Shown piece after piece: positions 29,155 through 42,376 of a stretch of DNA of 64,000 nucleotides; within the stretch, counting starts at the first letter, position 1, and each line of letters begins with the position of its first letter. This DNA is from Eledone cirrhosa (lineage: Eukaryota). The translations under genes were made by a program, and so were the position numbers. The notes beneath the pieces were generated by a model that worked only from the letters and a program-made list of their open reading frames with translations, was not told the DNA's origin and did not search any database. The DNA is taken from contig OZ024760.1 in NCBI GenBank assembly GCA_964016885.1, forward strand, positions 5,766,001-5,830,000, given 5' to 3'.

Positions 29155-29600
29155 TAATAATAATGAAATTATTGTGTACAGTGCTCAGGTGCACTACAAC
29201 TAGTCAAAGGTGCATGTATAGTACTTAGAATAATACACAAATGTCAGGGAAGTGAATAGTGTATGAGTCATGATATACATGTGTGTATGTGTATGGAGGG
29301 GGAACATTGGGTGTAGTGTTGGCGAATTTCAGGAAGCATGGAGGCCTTAAAGGATGCAATGTCTCGACAGCTAACAACCGATGCAGGTAGTTTGTTCCAT
29401 GGAGGCCTTAAAGTATGCAGTGTCTCGACAGCTAACAACCGATGCAGGTAGTTTGTTCCATGCTTCAGCAACTCTGAGCATGAAAAAATGTTTCCGAAAG
29501 TCATGGGAACTCTGCTGTTTTCTGACTTTGTGGGCATGTCCACGTGTGTTAGACACATGGAAATCAAAAAGGTACTCAAGGTACTATATTGCAAAACATT
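29155..29600 (-). mobile_element. CR1/L2-group LINE 3' fragment with internal 61-bp duplication
   Basis: Translates to TRGHAHKVRK...RKHFFMLRVAEAWNKLP...FK, the typical CR1-type ORF2 terminus. Duplication at 29337/29398. Confidence 0.8.
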
Positions 29601-29810
29601 TCTATATTTCATCTGCCTGACACCCACCTTGTGGTTTGTCTCTCTGTTGACCATGGGTTGCTGGTCTCTGCCCTTTCAGGCGGCATTTATGCCCATTGCT
29701 ATCTTTGACAGCATTTAGCTGTTTTAATGGCTTTTCTAGTGATGAGTATTCTCATTTTATTTTATATGTCTTTAAATACACTTTCACTTCGTCTCAATCA
29801 GAGACAGCAT

Positions 29811-29851
<41 letters not shown>

Positions 29852-29884
29852 TACACGCACAACATTATATATATACATATATAT

Positions 29885-30056
29885 GGAATGATAGGGACCC
29901 CAGTCCCTATCATCTCATTTCTACAGCTGAGTAAACTGGAGCAATGTGAAATAAAGTGTCTTGCTCTAGGAAACAACACATCACCCGGTCTGAGAATTGA
30001 ACTCACAACCTTTCGCTTGCAAGCCCAATGCTCTAACCACTAAGCCATGTGCCTCC
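29885..30056 (-). mobile_element. CORE-like SINE, head and core only
   Basis: Reverse complement of the 12604 SINE head. Confidence 0.85.
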
Positions 30057-30082
30057 ATACATACATAGATACATACATACAT

Positions 30083-30506
30083 GCATGATGGCTGCCAACT
30101 CGTTTTCAAGTATGGCCACTACTTTATATCCATGTAGGAGAACCCCTACCGATGCGCTGAATGAGTGTGACATTTTAGTCCAGCCAGCGACTTGAAAACT
30201 CTGGTACAAACACTACACTTGTGACAATTATTGACACATAGTGATGGGCCCATGGTACCATGTGACGACAAGTGCAGAGAGATCTCCAGATATAAAGCAA
30301 TGCCTGTGCCGTGAAGCTTTTATAGTGAGCAAAGGCACTGCACAAAGCCAGTCCCACTCTCTTGACCAAGATGATATTTACCAAAAAGAAGAACAAGTCA
30401 ACATCATTGGATACCATCAGGGTTGCAGGTGTTATATCAGAGTTTTCCTTCTCCTTGAATTCTGCCTTGACAAAGGCTAAGGGGTCATCTCTCCCTAATA
30501 CATACA

Positions 30507-30537
<31 letters not shown>

Positions 30538-31260
30538 TCAATGTTGCGATTCAAGGGATGACAATTTCTTTTCTTTTACAACCTTGCCACCAGAAAGGTG
30601 GCCGGTCAAAAAAAATATACTATAAATTAAGAGAAAGAGATAACATACATACATATATACATACATACATGGTGGCTGCCAACTCGCTTTCGAGTACGGC
30701 CACTACCTTATATCCATGTAGGAGAACCCCTACCAATGCGCTGAACGAGTGTGACTTTTTAGTCCAGCCAGCGACTCGAAAACTCTGGTACAAACGCTAC
30801 ACCTGTCACAATTATTGACACATAGTGCTGGGCCCATGGTACCATGTGACGACAAGTGCAATGAGATCTCCAGATATAAAGCAATGCCTGTGCCGTGAAG
30901 CTTTTATAGTGAGCAAAGGCACTGCACAAAGCCAGTCCCACTCTCTTAACCAAGATGATATTTACCAAAAAGAAGAACAAGTCAACATCATTGGATACCA
31001 TCAGGGTTGCAGGTGTTACATCAGAGTTATCCTTCTCCTAGAATTCTGCCTTGACAAAGGCTAAGGGATCATCTCTCCCGGTCATTTTGGATGGCCATTG
31101 ACTCTTAAGAGCTCCTTTGCCCTTTGACAGGTTTTGTTTTTAGTCCTGCAGGATGTCCAAAGTCACCCTCCTCACCAAGAAACCTTGATGGGGCTGCCAG
31201 TTTAGTCGCCAATGACCCGACCATGAGACAGGTTGTACTGGGATACATGTACTGGGATAC
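30083..31260 (-). mobile_element. Twice-duplicated (584-bp offset) fragment, probably the 5' region of another RTE-type LINE
   Basis: 30083-30496 matches 30667-31080. The minus strand has CTTAGCCTTTGTCAAGGCAGAATTCTAGGAGAAGGATAACTCTGA, resembling recalled RTE 5' UTR motifs. Flanked by (TACA)n. Confidence 0.5.
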
Positions 31261-31949
31261 ATACATACATACATGCATACATACATACATACATACATAC
31301 ATACATACATACATACATACATACATACATACATACATACATACATACATACATACATACATACATACATACATGCATATAAAATTATTGTTCATGCACG
31401 GAACAAAAGCATTATCTAATGTTTCAAAGTCCAATTTTGACCATCCCCTCAGATTGTAAGAGCAATCAAGTTTATTACTCACATACACAGCCACACACAC
31501 TTATACACACATACATACATACACAACACACAACACTCACACACCCACATACACATGTATACACACACATATGCACAGCCACACACACATACACATGCAG
31601 ACACACACACACAAACACAAATAAATAAACGCCCGCACACCAACAAACAAACAAACACAAACATGCATCACTCATACCCACACACACAACACAACACAAC
31701 ACAACACAAACACTATTCAAATGTGAGTAATTATGCAGCAACTGGCAGATGTTATAATTCCTTGCGTGCTGTTCCAATGTCTAGAAAGAAACCTTAGATA
31801 GAATGTAAAGCTTTCAATTTTCTCATTTACTTGCCAGAACAGAGAAGTATTTGAAGCGATAAGAATTCTTAACAATAGGCGTTATACCATTAAATCACAA
31901 AGAAACAAAGAATGAAATAATTTTCCTTCTGTAGAGAATAGGAAGGCTG

Positions 31950-32470
31950 TAATATATATATATATATATATAGCTAGGTATATATATAGCTGGGTATATA
32001 TATATATATATATATAGCTAGGTATATATATAGCTAGGTATATATATAGCTAGGTATATATATATAGCTAGGTATATATATAGCTAGGTATATATATATA
32101 TATAGCTAGGTATATATATATATATATAGCTAGGTATATATATATATATATAGCTAGGTATATATATAGCTAGGTATATATATATATATATAGCTAGGTA
32201 TATATATAGCTAGGTATATATATATATATATAGCTAGGTATATATATAGCTAGGTATATATATAGCTAGGTATATATATATATATATATATATAGCTAGG
32301 TATATATATAGCTAGGTATATATATATATATATATAGCTAGGTATATATATATATATATATAGCTAGGTATATATATAGCTAGGTATATATATATATATA
32401 TAGCTAGGTATATATATATATATATAGCTAGGTATATATATATATATATATATATAGCTAGGTATATATG
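31950..32470. repeat. Compound microsatellite [(TA)n-GCTAGG]n
   Basis: Seen directly. A related [(TA)n-TAGC] array lies at 49585-49865. Confidence 0.9.
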
Positions 32471-32880
32471 TATTTATATATCATCATCATCAATACCGTT
32501 TAACATCCTTCTTCCACGCTATCAAGGTTAGGACAGGCTGTCCCTTTGTGTGGCATCAGGTCAGGGGACCATGATCCACTCACACAGAACTGATATATAT
32601 ATATATTTATATATATATATATATTTAAGAGTTAAACAAGATTCAATGAATACGTCAAAGAATGAGTTTTACAATAGATTGGAAGCACTCTACAGTTAAA
32701 ATATTTTCCAGAGTTATTAATATTAATTCAAAATATTAACAAAATAGATATTCTTGTGATCAAGTATATTTTATTATACATATTTCAGAGGTACTGAATT
32801 AAGTTCAACAGTACGTCCTCATCAGATACCATGACTGAATCTTAACCATCTACTATGTCAGGGTATGTCATGCATCATCT

Positions 32881-32947
32881 TATTTTATCTGACGAGGACG
32901 TACTGTTGAACTTAACTCAGTACCTCTGAAATATGTATAATAAAATA
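32881..32947 (+). ncRNA. Type I hammerhead motif (inverted partner 32767..32828, minus)
   Basis: TATTTTAT-CTGACGA-GGACGTACTG..CAGTACCTCT-GAAA-TATGTA-TA-ATAAAATA. The partner has CTGATGA. Confidence 0.75.
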
Positions 32948-33169
32948 TAATTGATCACAAGAATATCTATTTTGTTAATATTTTGAATTAATATTATATA
33001 TATATATATATATATAGCTGCAGCCAGAACTTTGATTATGCTGTACTTCCATTTGTATGTATATATATATATAAAGGAACGATCGACTTTCGTCAAATCG
33101 GACCGAGGGAACAATGTTTCCGTTGGTCTTTCCATTTGCTACTACTATCTATCGGTCGCAACTCCAGGT

Positions 33170-33292
33170 AGAAGGAGCAACGTGAAATAAAGTGTCTTGC
33201 TCAAGGACATAACGTATCGCCTGGTCCAGGAATCGAACTCACAACCTTACGATTGCGAATCCAATTCTCTAACCACTCAGCCACACGCCTTC
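33170..33292 (-). mobile_element. Diverged CORE-like SINE
   Basis: GTGAAATAAAGTGTCTTGCTCAAGG and AATCGAACTC...CTAACCACTCAGCCA. Confidence 0.7.
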
Positions 33293-33829
33293 ATATATAT
33301 ATATTGGTTTGATTAAAACAACAGGAGGCCAGGCTAGTGATGTTCCATTAAAGTTTCATTGTTGCAGAAACACTATAGTTTTTGCAACAACAAAACATCA
33401 CCTATACGCATCACATGTCCATACCAGCGCAGTCTTCTCTCTGGCCCAGCACACAACGTCTAATTCCTCTTATATTCAGCTTTTCTCTCAGCTCATCCAT
33501 ACTTTGACATTTATACACATTAACATTGCACATCAGCCCTAGTATTTTACTGGTACTTTATTTTATCGACCCTGGAAGGATAAAAGGCAGAGTTGACCTT
33601 ACGGAGGTCTGAACACAGAATAGAAAGACCTGGAACAAATACTGCCAGGCATTTGACTGCTGCTCTCATGACTCTGCACATGCACCACCCTATTGTAATC
33701 ATAATAATAACATGTATCTGCATGGACAGGTGCAGTACATTTACACCAAACGGCAACTGCAATTAATATAATTAGGACTATATCTGCAAAGGTAAGCTAA
33801 CTATTGCTATACCAATATAAAACCACAAC

Positions 33830-35975
33830 TACAATCAAACTGCAACTGCAATCATAGTGCAAGGACAAGTGCAGTATATCAGCACCAAATTGCAACTACA
33901 ATCAAACAGTGTAAGGACAGGTACAGAACATCTACAAACTGTAATTACAATTCAACTGCACCTCCAATCATAGTGCAAGGACAAGTGCAGCATATCTGCA
34001 CAAATTTGCAACTGAAATTAAACTGCAGCTGCACTAACAGTGCAAGGACAAGTGCAGTATATCAGCATCAAATTGCAACTGCAATCAAACATAGTGCAAG
34101 GACAGGTACAGAACATCTACAAACTGTAATTGCAATTCAACTGCACCTCCAATCATAGTGCAAGGACAAGTGCAGCATATCTGCACAACATTGCAACTGA
34201 AATTAAACTGCAGCTGCCCTAACAGTGCAAGGACAAGTGCAGTATATCAGCATCAAATTGCAACTGCAATCAAACATAGTGCAAGGACAGGTACAGAACA
34301 TCTACATCAAACTGCAATTGCAATTCAACTGCAACTGCAATCATAGTGCAAGGACAAGTGCAGCATATCTGCACCAAATTGCAACAGCACTCTCATAATA
34401 ATTGGGATTATATCTACATATACAACAGCAATCGTAATAACTATGGTTACATCTGCAAATGTTAGTCAAACTACAGATACACCTACGTCAAACTACAACT
34501 ACAATCAGACATAGAAATGCAACAATGGGTGCACTACATTTACACCAATCTAAACTACAACTACAATCTTATAATTATTAGGGCTATATCTGCAATGATA
34601 GATGCAGTATATTTATACTATACTGCAACTGCAATCTCATAATTACTGAGGTTATGTCTGCAAGGATAAGTGCACTATATCTGCAAGGATGAGTGCACTA
34701 CAATTACACCAAACTGCAATTACAATCATAATTACTGGGACTATATCAGCAAGTATGGATTTACTGCATCTATACCAAGCTTTAACTGCAATTTCATAAT
34801 TATTAGGGCTATATCTGCAATGACAGATGCAGTATATTTTCACTAAACTGCAACTGCAATTTCATAATTACTAGGGCTATATCTGCAAGGATGGGTGCAC
34901 TGCATTTACACCAAGCTATAACTGCAATTTCATAGTTACTGGGGCTATATCTGCAAGCATGGGTGCACTGCATTTACACCAAGCTATAACTGCAATTTCA
35001 TAGTACTGGGACTATATCTGCAAGGATGGGTGCACTGCATTTACACCAAGCTATAACTGCAATTTCATAGTTACTGGGACTATATCTGCAAGGATGGGTG
35101 CACTGCATTTACACCAAGCTATAACTGCAATTTCATAGTTACTGGGGCTATATCTGCAAGGATGGGTGCACTGCATTTACACCAAGCTATAACTGCAATT
35201 TCATAGTACTGGGACTATATCTGCAAGGATGGGTGCACTGCATTTACACCAAGCTATAACTGCAATTTCATAGTTACTGGGGCTATATCTGCAAGCATGG
35301 GTGCACTGCATTTACACCAAGCTATAACTGCAATTTCATAGTACTGGGACTATATCTGCAAGGATGGGTGCACTGCATTTACACCAAGCTATAACTGCAA
35401 TTTCATAGTTACTGGGGCTATATCTGCAAGGATGGGTGCACTGCATTTACACCAAGCTATAACTGCAATTTCATAGTTACTGGGGCTATATCTGCAAGGA
35501 TGGGTGCACTGCATTTACACCAAGCTATAACTGCAATTTCATAGTACTGGGACTATATCTGCAAGGATGGGTGCACTGCATTTACACCAAGCTATAACTG
35601 CAATTTCATAGTTACTGGGACTATATCTGCAAGGATGGGTGCACTGCATTTACACCAAGCTATAACTGCAATTTCATAGTTACTGGGGCTATATCTGCAA
35701 GCATGGGTGCACTGCATTTACACCAAGCTATAACTGCAATTTCATAGTACTGGGACTATATCTGCAAGGATGGGTGCACTGCATTTACACCAAGCTATAA
35801 CTGCAATTTCATAGTTACTGGGACTATATCTGCAAGGATGGGTGCACTGCATTTACACCAAGCTATAACTGCAATTTCATAGTTACTGGGACTATATCTG
35901 CAAGGATGGGTGCACTGCATTTACACCAAGCTATAACTGCAATTTCATAGTTACTGGGGCTATATCTGCAGGATA
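33830..35975. repeat. Satellite domain: degenerate ~185-bp units grading into ~16 homogeneous 67-68-bp units (34878-35970)
   Basis: Unit CTATATCTGCAAGGATGGGTGCACTGCATTTACACCAAGCTATAACTGCAATTTCATAGTTACTGGG(G/A). Confidence 0.92.
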
Positions 35976-36409
35976 GCATAACTGCATTATAGCTATATCA
36001 AACTACGACTGCAATAAAACTAGTGACAGTAAAACCTGCAAGGACAGATGCATTACACTTATTGCAGCAGCCACTGACTGTTGCAACTGAAACATAATGA
36101 AGTGATGTTGAAAGGTAGACCAGGTGGTTTGACAACAACAATGACAATAACTACAACAACAGCAACAACAAAAACTCTTCTTACTGTTGAAAATGCGTTT
36201 TCTCAGAGTTGGAGAAATGGAAAGACTGACTGGAAAAATAAATTTTGTTGTAAGACATTTCAAATACGTTTTTAATGTTTTACATTTTAATTTGTTGTTT
36301 GCACTAAATAAATATATATCTAAAAACATTTTACAAATGGAAAATAACCCTCATTGGGGTTTCAGGAATTGCAATCTTTAAGCGTCCATCCCATGTCTCC
36401 CAGATTAGA

Positions 36410-36700
36410 GGGTCACTCCAGGTAGAAACACTACTTCTCTGAATTGAGAGATCACAGCTCTGATATTACAGACATGTGGTTAGAATGTCTCAGGAAAGAA
36501 TCGCTGGACAGATTTGTAGCTTGGAGATCAGAGAGTTACTCCAGGTAGAGCCACTATTTCTCTGAATTGAGAGATCACAGCTCTGATATTACAGACATGT
36601 GGTTAGAATATCTTAGGAAAGAATCACTGGACAGATTTGTAGCTTGGAGATCAGAGAGTCACTCCAGGTAGAGGCACTATTTCTCTGAATTTAGAGATCA
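36410..36700 (+). repeat. 123-bp tandem repeat of a decayed RTE (Expander-like) C-terminal fragment
   Basis: CCAGGTAGA at 36418, 36541 and 36664; homologous to 39378-39460. Confidence 0.7.
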
Positions 36701-37129
36701 TAGTATGAAGCCTGCTCTAATAATATCCACATATTTCACTAATTAACAAAATAATTATAATTGCCAGATCAACACTACGGCATATTTAATCAATCAGAGC
36801 TAGCGAGATTCATTAAAAACAAGATTTATTAATTAATTAAGCCGTGATGATAACAGTCACTTGACAGAAGATCATGTCAAAAGCTACAATGGTAGCTGTG
36901 ATCTTGATCACAGCTTAAAATACTCATAGCAAGACTTATGTATGTTTATTATCATCATCATCATCTTCGTCATCATTTAACATCTGTTTTACCTGCTAGC
37001 AAGGATTGGATGTGGCTTCACAGGCTGTGGTAGTACTCAAGCAGGGCTACTGACCTCTAAGATGGGGCTGGGGCTAGTCTGCATCTCGCTTACATATACA
37101 TGTACTTGCCCTCTATCAAGTGTATTTTA

Positions 37130-37457
37130 TCATCAGTAATTATGACAATGATGATGATGATGATTGTGATGATGATGATTGTGATGATAATGATGATTGT
37201 GATGATGATGATTATGATTGTGATGATGATGCTGATTACGATTGTGATGATGACAATGATTTTGATGATTATGATTATCATTATGATGATGGTGATGGTG
37301 ATTGACGATGATGATGATGGTGATTGTGATGATGATGACGGTGATGGTGGTGATTATGTTGATGATGATGATGGTGATGATTATGATGATGATGATGATG
37401 ATGATGATAGTGATGATGATGGTGATAATGATGATGATGATAATGATGATGATGATA
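37130..37457. repeat. (GAT)n degenerate trinucleotide repeat
   Basis: Seen directly. Confidence 0.95.
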
Positions 37458-37461
37458 TTAA

Positions 37462-37682
37462 CCCTTTAGCGTTTAAACTGGCCATATCTGGCCAGAATTC
37501 TCTCAAGTTTTTCTGTTCTAACCAGCTGTAACCGGCTGCTCATACTTATGTTATGGTATTGTTCTCAAAATAAATAATATCATAAACCCATAGATTCAAT
37601 ATTATGTGAGATAATTTTGTGAGGTAAAGCGTTTACCATGAAAATACAACAGTATATATAGAGTAATGTAAATGCTAAAGGG
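37462..37682 (+). mobile_element. piggyBac-type MITE
   Basis: TTAA TSDs (37458-61, 37683-86); TIRs CCCTTTAGCGTTTA / TAAATGCTAAAGGG. Confidence 0.85.
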
Positions 37683-37753
37683 TTAATGATGATGTCGATG
37701 ATGCTGATGGTGATAATAACAATGATGATGATGACTATGATGATTTATTTTAC

Positions 37754-37937
37754 CTGGATTTCTCTGCTGTTTGTGACTGTTCAATATATTGACAATCTCC
37801 GACCGTAAAGCTGCCAAAGACCAGATCCTCGTCTTCTGACACGACGTTGGTGTTGAGCTGGTCTGTGCTTGATTCTCTTGGGCTGAACCTGAGGCTTCTC
37901 CTTCTCCCGACAGGGCATACATCAGTTTCTTACTCAA
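37754..37937 (-). CDS. Probable host-gene coding exon
   Basis: Acceptor ATGACAG/TTG and donor CCAG/GTAAAA (phase 1). Open frame LSKKLMYALSGEGEASG...KTRIWSLAALRSEIVNILNSHKQQRNP. ATG at 37922 could be a start. The polypyrimidine tract is weak. Confidence 0.62.
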
Positions 37938-38273
37938 CTGTCATAATAATAATAATAATAATAATAATGATTTCTTTATTGGCCACAAGGGCTGACATCA
38001 AGAAAAACATTACAGACGGCACAGGACGGTACGATGTGGGTTTTGTGCGTGTAAAGATTTTTATTATTTATATAAGAAAAGAAAAAGAAAAAAGACATAG
38101 AAACACATATATATATAAACAATAAAAATGAAAATTCAAACAATGAAAAATTCCCCAATAGGGGGGAAACCTCCGACGGTTACTCGTGGCGAAAACCACA
38201 CAAAAGACCACGGCAATCCTGACCACCAGGGCAAGCGCCCTCTCTCAATTTTTCCGTAACTCAGTGCTGCAAA

Positions 38274-38623
38274 GCATGTTGTCCGACCCTCTACCGATAC
38301 TGCCATGTTGTCCGACCCTCTACCGATACTGCCATGTTGTCCGACCCTCTACCGATACTGCCATGTTGTCCGACCCCTACCGATACTGCCATGGTGTCCG
38401 ACCCTCTACCGATACTGCCATGCTGTCCGACCCTCTACCGATACTGCCATGCTGTCTGACCCTCTACCGATACTGCCATGCTGTCTGACCCTCTACCGAT
38501 ACTGCCATGTTGTCTGACCCTCTACCGATACTGCCATGTTGTCTGACCCTCTACCGATACTGCCATGTTGTCCGACCCTCTACCGATACTGCCATGTTGT
38601 CCGACCCTCTACCGATACTGCCA
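38274..38623. repeat. 29-bp tandem repeat (~12 units) derived from the SINE head
   Basis: GCCATGTTGTCCGACCCTCTACCGATACT matches the reverse complement of the SINE 5' end (cf. 41577-41606). Confidence 0.9.
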
Positions 38624-38785
38624 AACCACTAATAATAATGCTTTCTTTCTTTATTAACCACAAGGGTTGACATAAAGTATAACATTAAGGACAGTACAGG
38701 ACGGTACAAATGGGCATTTCTGCATGTAAAAAAAACAAAAACAAAATTATATATATAAAAAACAAAAACAAAGGATAATAATAAT

Positions 38786-38966
38786 AATTGTTTCTACTTT
38801 TGGCACAAGGCCAACAATTACCCAGTGCATTACTGGTACTTTATTTTATCGACCCCGTAAGGATGAAAGGCAAAGTCAACCTCGGCGGGTTTTGAACTCA
38901 GATCGTAAAGGGACGTAACTATGCTGGAAAGCATGGCGTCCGACCCTCTACTGATACTGCCAATCC
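38786..38966 (-). mobile_element. Second tRNA-derived SINE family (Meta/Sauria-like central domain)
   Basis: Head GGATTGGCAGTATC.GTAGAG; B box GAGTTCAAA; GCCTTTCATCCTTACGGGGTCGATAAAAT; (ATT)n tail. Confidence 0.85.
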
Positions 38967-39377
38967 ATAATAATAATAATATTTCATTTGTTGGCCACAA
39001 GGGCCGACATATAGGGGACAATACAAAGGACAGGGACAGGGACAGTGGAGGGGGTTTACAATAAAATTGAGTGAAAATAAACAATAACAAAAAACAATTT
39101 AACAATGAAAGAATAAAAAAAATAAAATATATAAAAATGTTACAGAATAAATTCCCCAATAGGGTGGTGAACCACCGAGGGGTGACTCAAGGTACCCAAC
39201 AAATCCTGAAATAATAGTTATAAAATGTTGTAGTTTGCTTGAAGCATTGTATATGATATGTAATGTGGAAAGAGATAGAAGACTAAACAATGCAAAATGG
39301 ACTGTAAGATGAGGTAACGAAAAGTAAAAGTAAGTTACCTGGTGATCTTTGTTTTGTTTTTTGTTGTTGCTGTTGTT

Positions 39378-39650
39378 TCTTCTCCGAATTGTGAGATCAC
39401 AGCTCCGATACTATGGGCATGTGGTTAGACTGTCTCAGGAAAGAATCACTGGATAGATTTTACGAGCAAAACCGACAGGTAGGAGGCCCAGGGGTAGAAC
39501 CCAAGCAAGATGGTTGGATAACATCCATGAGCTTGGCTGGTCATGCTTGAGGATCCAGCTGGATCAGTTGGAGATGGTTGCTTTTGACAGGATCCACTGG
39601 AGGGTGTGCTTAAGGACTCTGCCCCCACGATCCTCTCAGGAATAAGTGGG
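39378..39650 (+). pseudogene. RTE (Expander/Rex3-like) ORF C-terminal remnant
   Basis: Translates to LLRIVRSQLRYYGHVVRLSQERITG*...KPTGRRPRGRTQARWLDNI. Confidence 0.75.
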
Positions 39651-40316
39651 CAAAGAAGAAGTTGGTGCTGTACTTACTTCTATTCTAATATTTTGGGACC
39701 TAAAATTCCTTTCTTCAGAGTTTAAGGACAGAAGAAAGAACAGCAACAACAAAAACCAAAACAATGATTACCAGGTAACTTACATTTTTGTTACCTCATC
39801 CTACAGATTATTTTGCATTGTTTAGTCTATATCTCTTTCCACATTAAATAATAATAATAATAATTGTTTCTACTTTTGGCACAAGGCCAGCAATTATCCC
39901 AGTGTATTACTGCTACTTTATTTTATCGACCCCGTAAGGATGAAAGGCAAAGTTAACCTCGGCGGGATTTGAACTCAGAATGGCAAGGGTTGTGAACTCA
40001 TAAGAGTCAACGGCCATCTAAAAAAATAAAATCCTGCCAAATCAATGGGTGGCAGTAGTTCCAGCTGCACGCATCAAAAGACTGGTGTAGTGGTTCTGAG
40101 AACAATGTGGCTTTGCAGACGATCAATGGAAATTGACAATGGAAAGGCGGTCCTGCTCGAGTTAGAAGAGAACTATTGACCTTCAGGAGAAGTAGCAACC
40201 CCTGATTATATTCACCAACCAAAACAAATATGAAGTACACCAAATCAAATGTTCCTAGGGGCGGCTCTGGTTCTTCTTATTTACGAGTGTAAACTTGGCC
40301 AGATTAGATTAGATTT

Positions 40317-40505
40317 GGATTGGCAGTATTGGTAGAGTGTCGGATGCCATGCTTTGGAGCATAGAGTTACGGCCCTTGCCATTCTGAGTTCAAATCCCGC
40401 CGAGGTTAACTTTGCCTTTCATCCTTACGGGGTCGATAAAATAAAGTACCAGTAATGCACTGGGTAATTGCTGGCCTTGTGCCTAACGTAGAAACAATTA
40501 TTATT
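40317..40505 (+). mobile_element. SINE family 2 (followed by a partial copy to ~40640)
   Basis: Same head and core as 38786..38966. Confidence 0.85.
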
Positions 40506-40641
40506 ATTTCAAATCCCACTGAGGTTAACTTTGCCTTTCATCTTTACGGGGTCAGTAAAATAAAGTACCCGTAATGCACTAGGGTCGATTTAATCGACTT
40601 TCCTCTCCCCCAAAATTGTTGGCCTTGTACCTAAATCAGAA

Positions 40642-40992
40642 ATCATCATCATCATTTTCATCATTTCATTTTACGTCCGCTTTTTCCCTGCTTGCAAGGG
40701 TGGGACGGGAACTGATTCTGGCTTGATTTCTACAGCTGGATGCCCTTCCTAACACCAACCTCATTTACAGTGAGTGCTGGGTGCTTTTTTTCCGTGGCGC
40801 CTCCATGTCCACTTTGCAGTGGAATGATAGGGACCCCAGTCCCTATCATCTCATTTCTACAGCTGAGTAAACTGGAGCAATGTGAAATAAAGTGTCTTGC
40901 TCAAGGAAACAACACATCACCTGGTCTGAGAATTGAACTCACAACCTTTCGATTGCAAGCCCAATGCTCTAACCACTAAGCCATGTGCCTCC
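40642..40992 (-). mobile_element. CORE-like SINE with RTE tail, full length
   Basis: Reverse-complement homolog of 12604..12921. Confidence 0.87.
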
Positions 40993-41336
40993 ATAATCAT
41001 TATTATTATTATCATCATTGTCGCCATTCTTTTCATCATTATGTTAAATTATTTAGGATAAATCCCGGCTTATCTGTAAATAATCACGAGATTGATGTAA
41101 ATTCTTTCTAATCCTCTCGAGGTTTGTCTGAGAACATTGTCACAAGTAAATAATTACTTTGAACTTTTAATCTTGAATTATTGGTGGAAATTAAGTATTG
41201 TGTCCGCAGGTTCATTAGCACTTTAGGAAAGTGTCTTCTATTATATATAACCTCAGGCCAACGTTGGTGGATTAGCAGAAGCATTGAATCAGCAAAGTGC
41301 TTTGCTGCACACACACACATTATATATATATATATA

Positions 41337-42001
41337 TCTTAACTATAATAAAGAAAGGAGTTCTGGACTGCGTCCAGAATATATTTTTTTACCCCATTTT
41401 GTAAAATAAGTTGGATTACTTTGAATAAATAATTGTTTCTACTTTAGGCACAAGGCCAGCAATTACCCAGTGCATTACTGGTACTTTATTTTATCGACCC
41501 CGTAAGGATGAAAGGCAAAGTCAACCTCGGCGGGATTTGAACTCAGATCGTAAAGGGACGTAACTATGCTGGAAAGCATGGCGTCCGACCCTCTACCGAT
41601 ACTGCCAATCCACTTTGAATAAATAATGACTGAATATTACATAATTTATGTGCTGAATTTCGTGGCTGTTGATTAAATATATTTTATAGCTTATTTAAAG
41701 ATCTTTAAAATTCACTTCTTTAAAATTTTCAAATGTCAACACTTCCGATTAGCGGCCATTATATTATAACACTTATATTAACATATATTTCCGTTGCTAA
41801 TTTTCTCCTAATGCAGTTTATATATATAATATCGTCTTTTTTTAAATGTATCATGGATTACTTTACTGATTACATAAGACAGTGTAACACAGCCTTCGTT
41901 TAATTTCTGTGTATATTGTCAATTACGATTTAATTTGGTGTATCATATCTACATGTATATATACTTGCGTATAATATCAATATACACACTACACATGCTA
42001 G
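41337..42001 (+). mobile_element. Possible non-autonomous Helitron
   Basis: A/TCTTAACTATAATAAAG start and CTAG/T end. The subterminal hairpin is weak. Confidence 0.4.
41434..41611 (-). mobile_element. SINE family 2 with 16-bp TSD
   Basis: ACTTTGAATAAATAAT at 41418-33 and 41612-27. Confidence 0.92.
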
Positions 42002-42235
42002 TATATATAATGAAAATGAAGTAAAATTGACCACCATAAATAATTGACAATTGATATGTACTTTTTCGAAACTGTAAAGGAATCATTCTGTCATTACCAT
42101 AACAGAAGCCCAACGAGCTTTTGATTCCAGAGTCAGGCCAGATCGATACATATCAAGCCTTGAATCAATCACTTATGAAATGTGCATCACAACTCAATAA
42201 ATGTAATGAAGATCTACCACCTCATCCTTTTTATT

Positions 42236-42276
<41 letters not shown>

Positions 42277-42376
42277 TGTATATGTATATATATGTGTGTG
42301 TATTTGCGTGTGAGTATGTATATGTGTGTATATATATATACACATAACAGTCAGTAGGCACATCTTAACCCAATAT

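Noticed and set aside
37805-37840. KTRIWSLA resembles the Iroquois IRO box
   Set aside because: Short match with no homeodomain exon in the window; not enough to name the gene.
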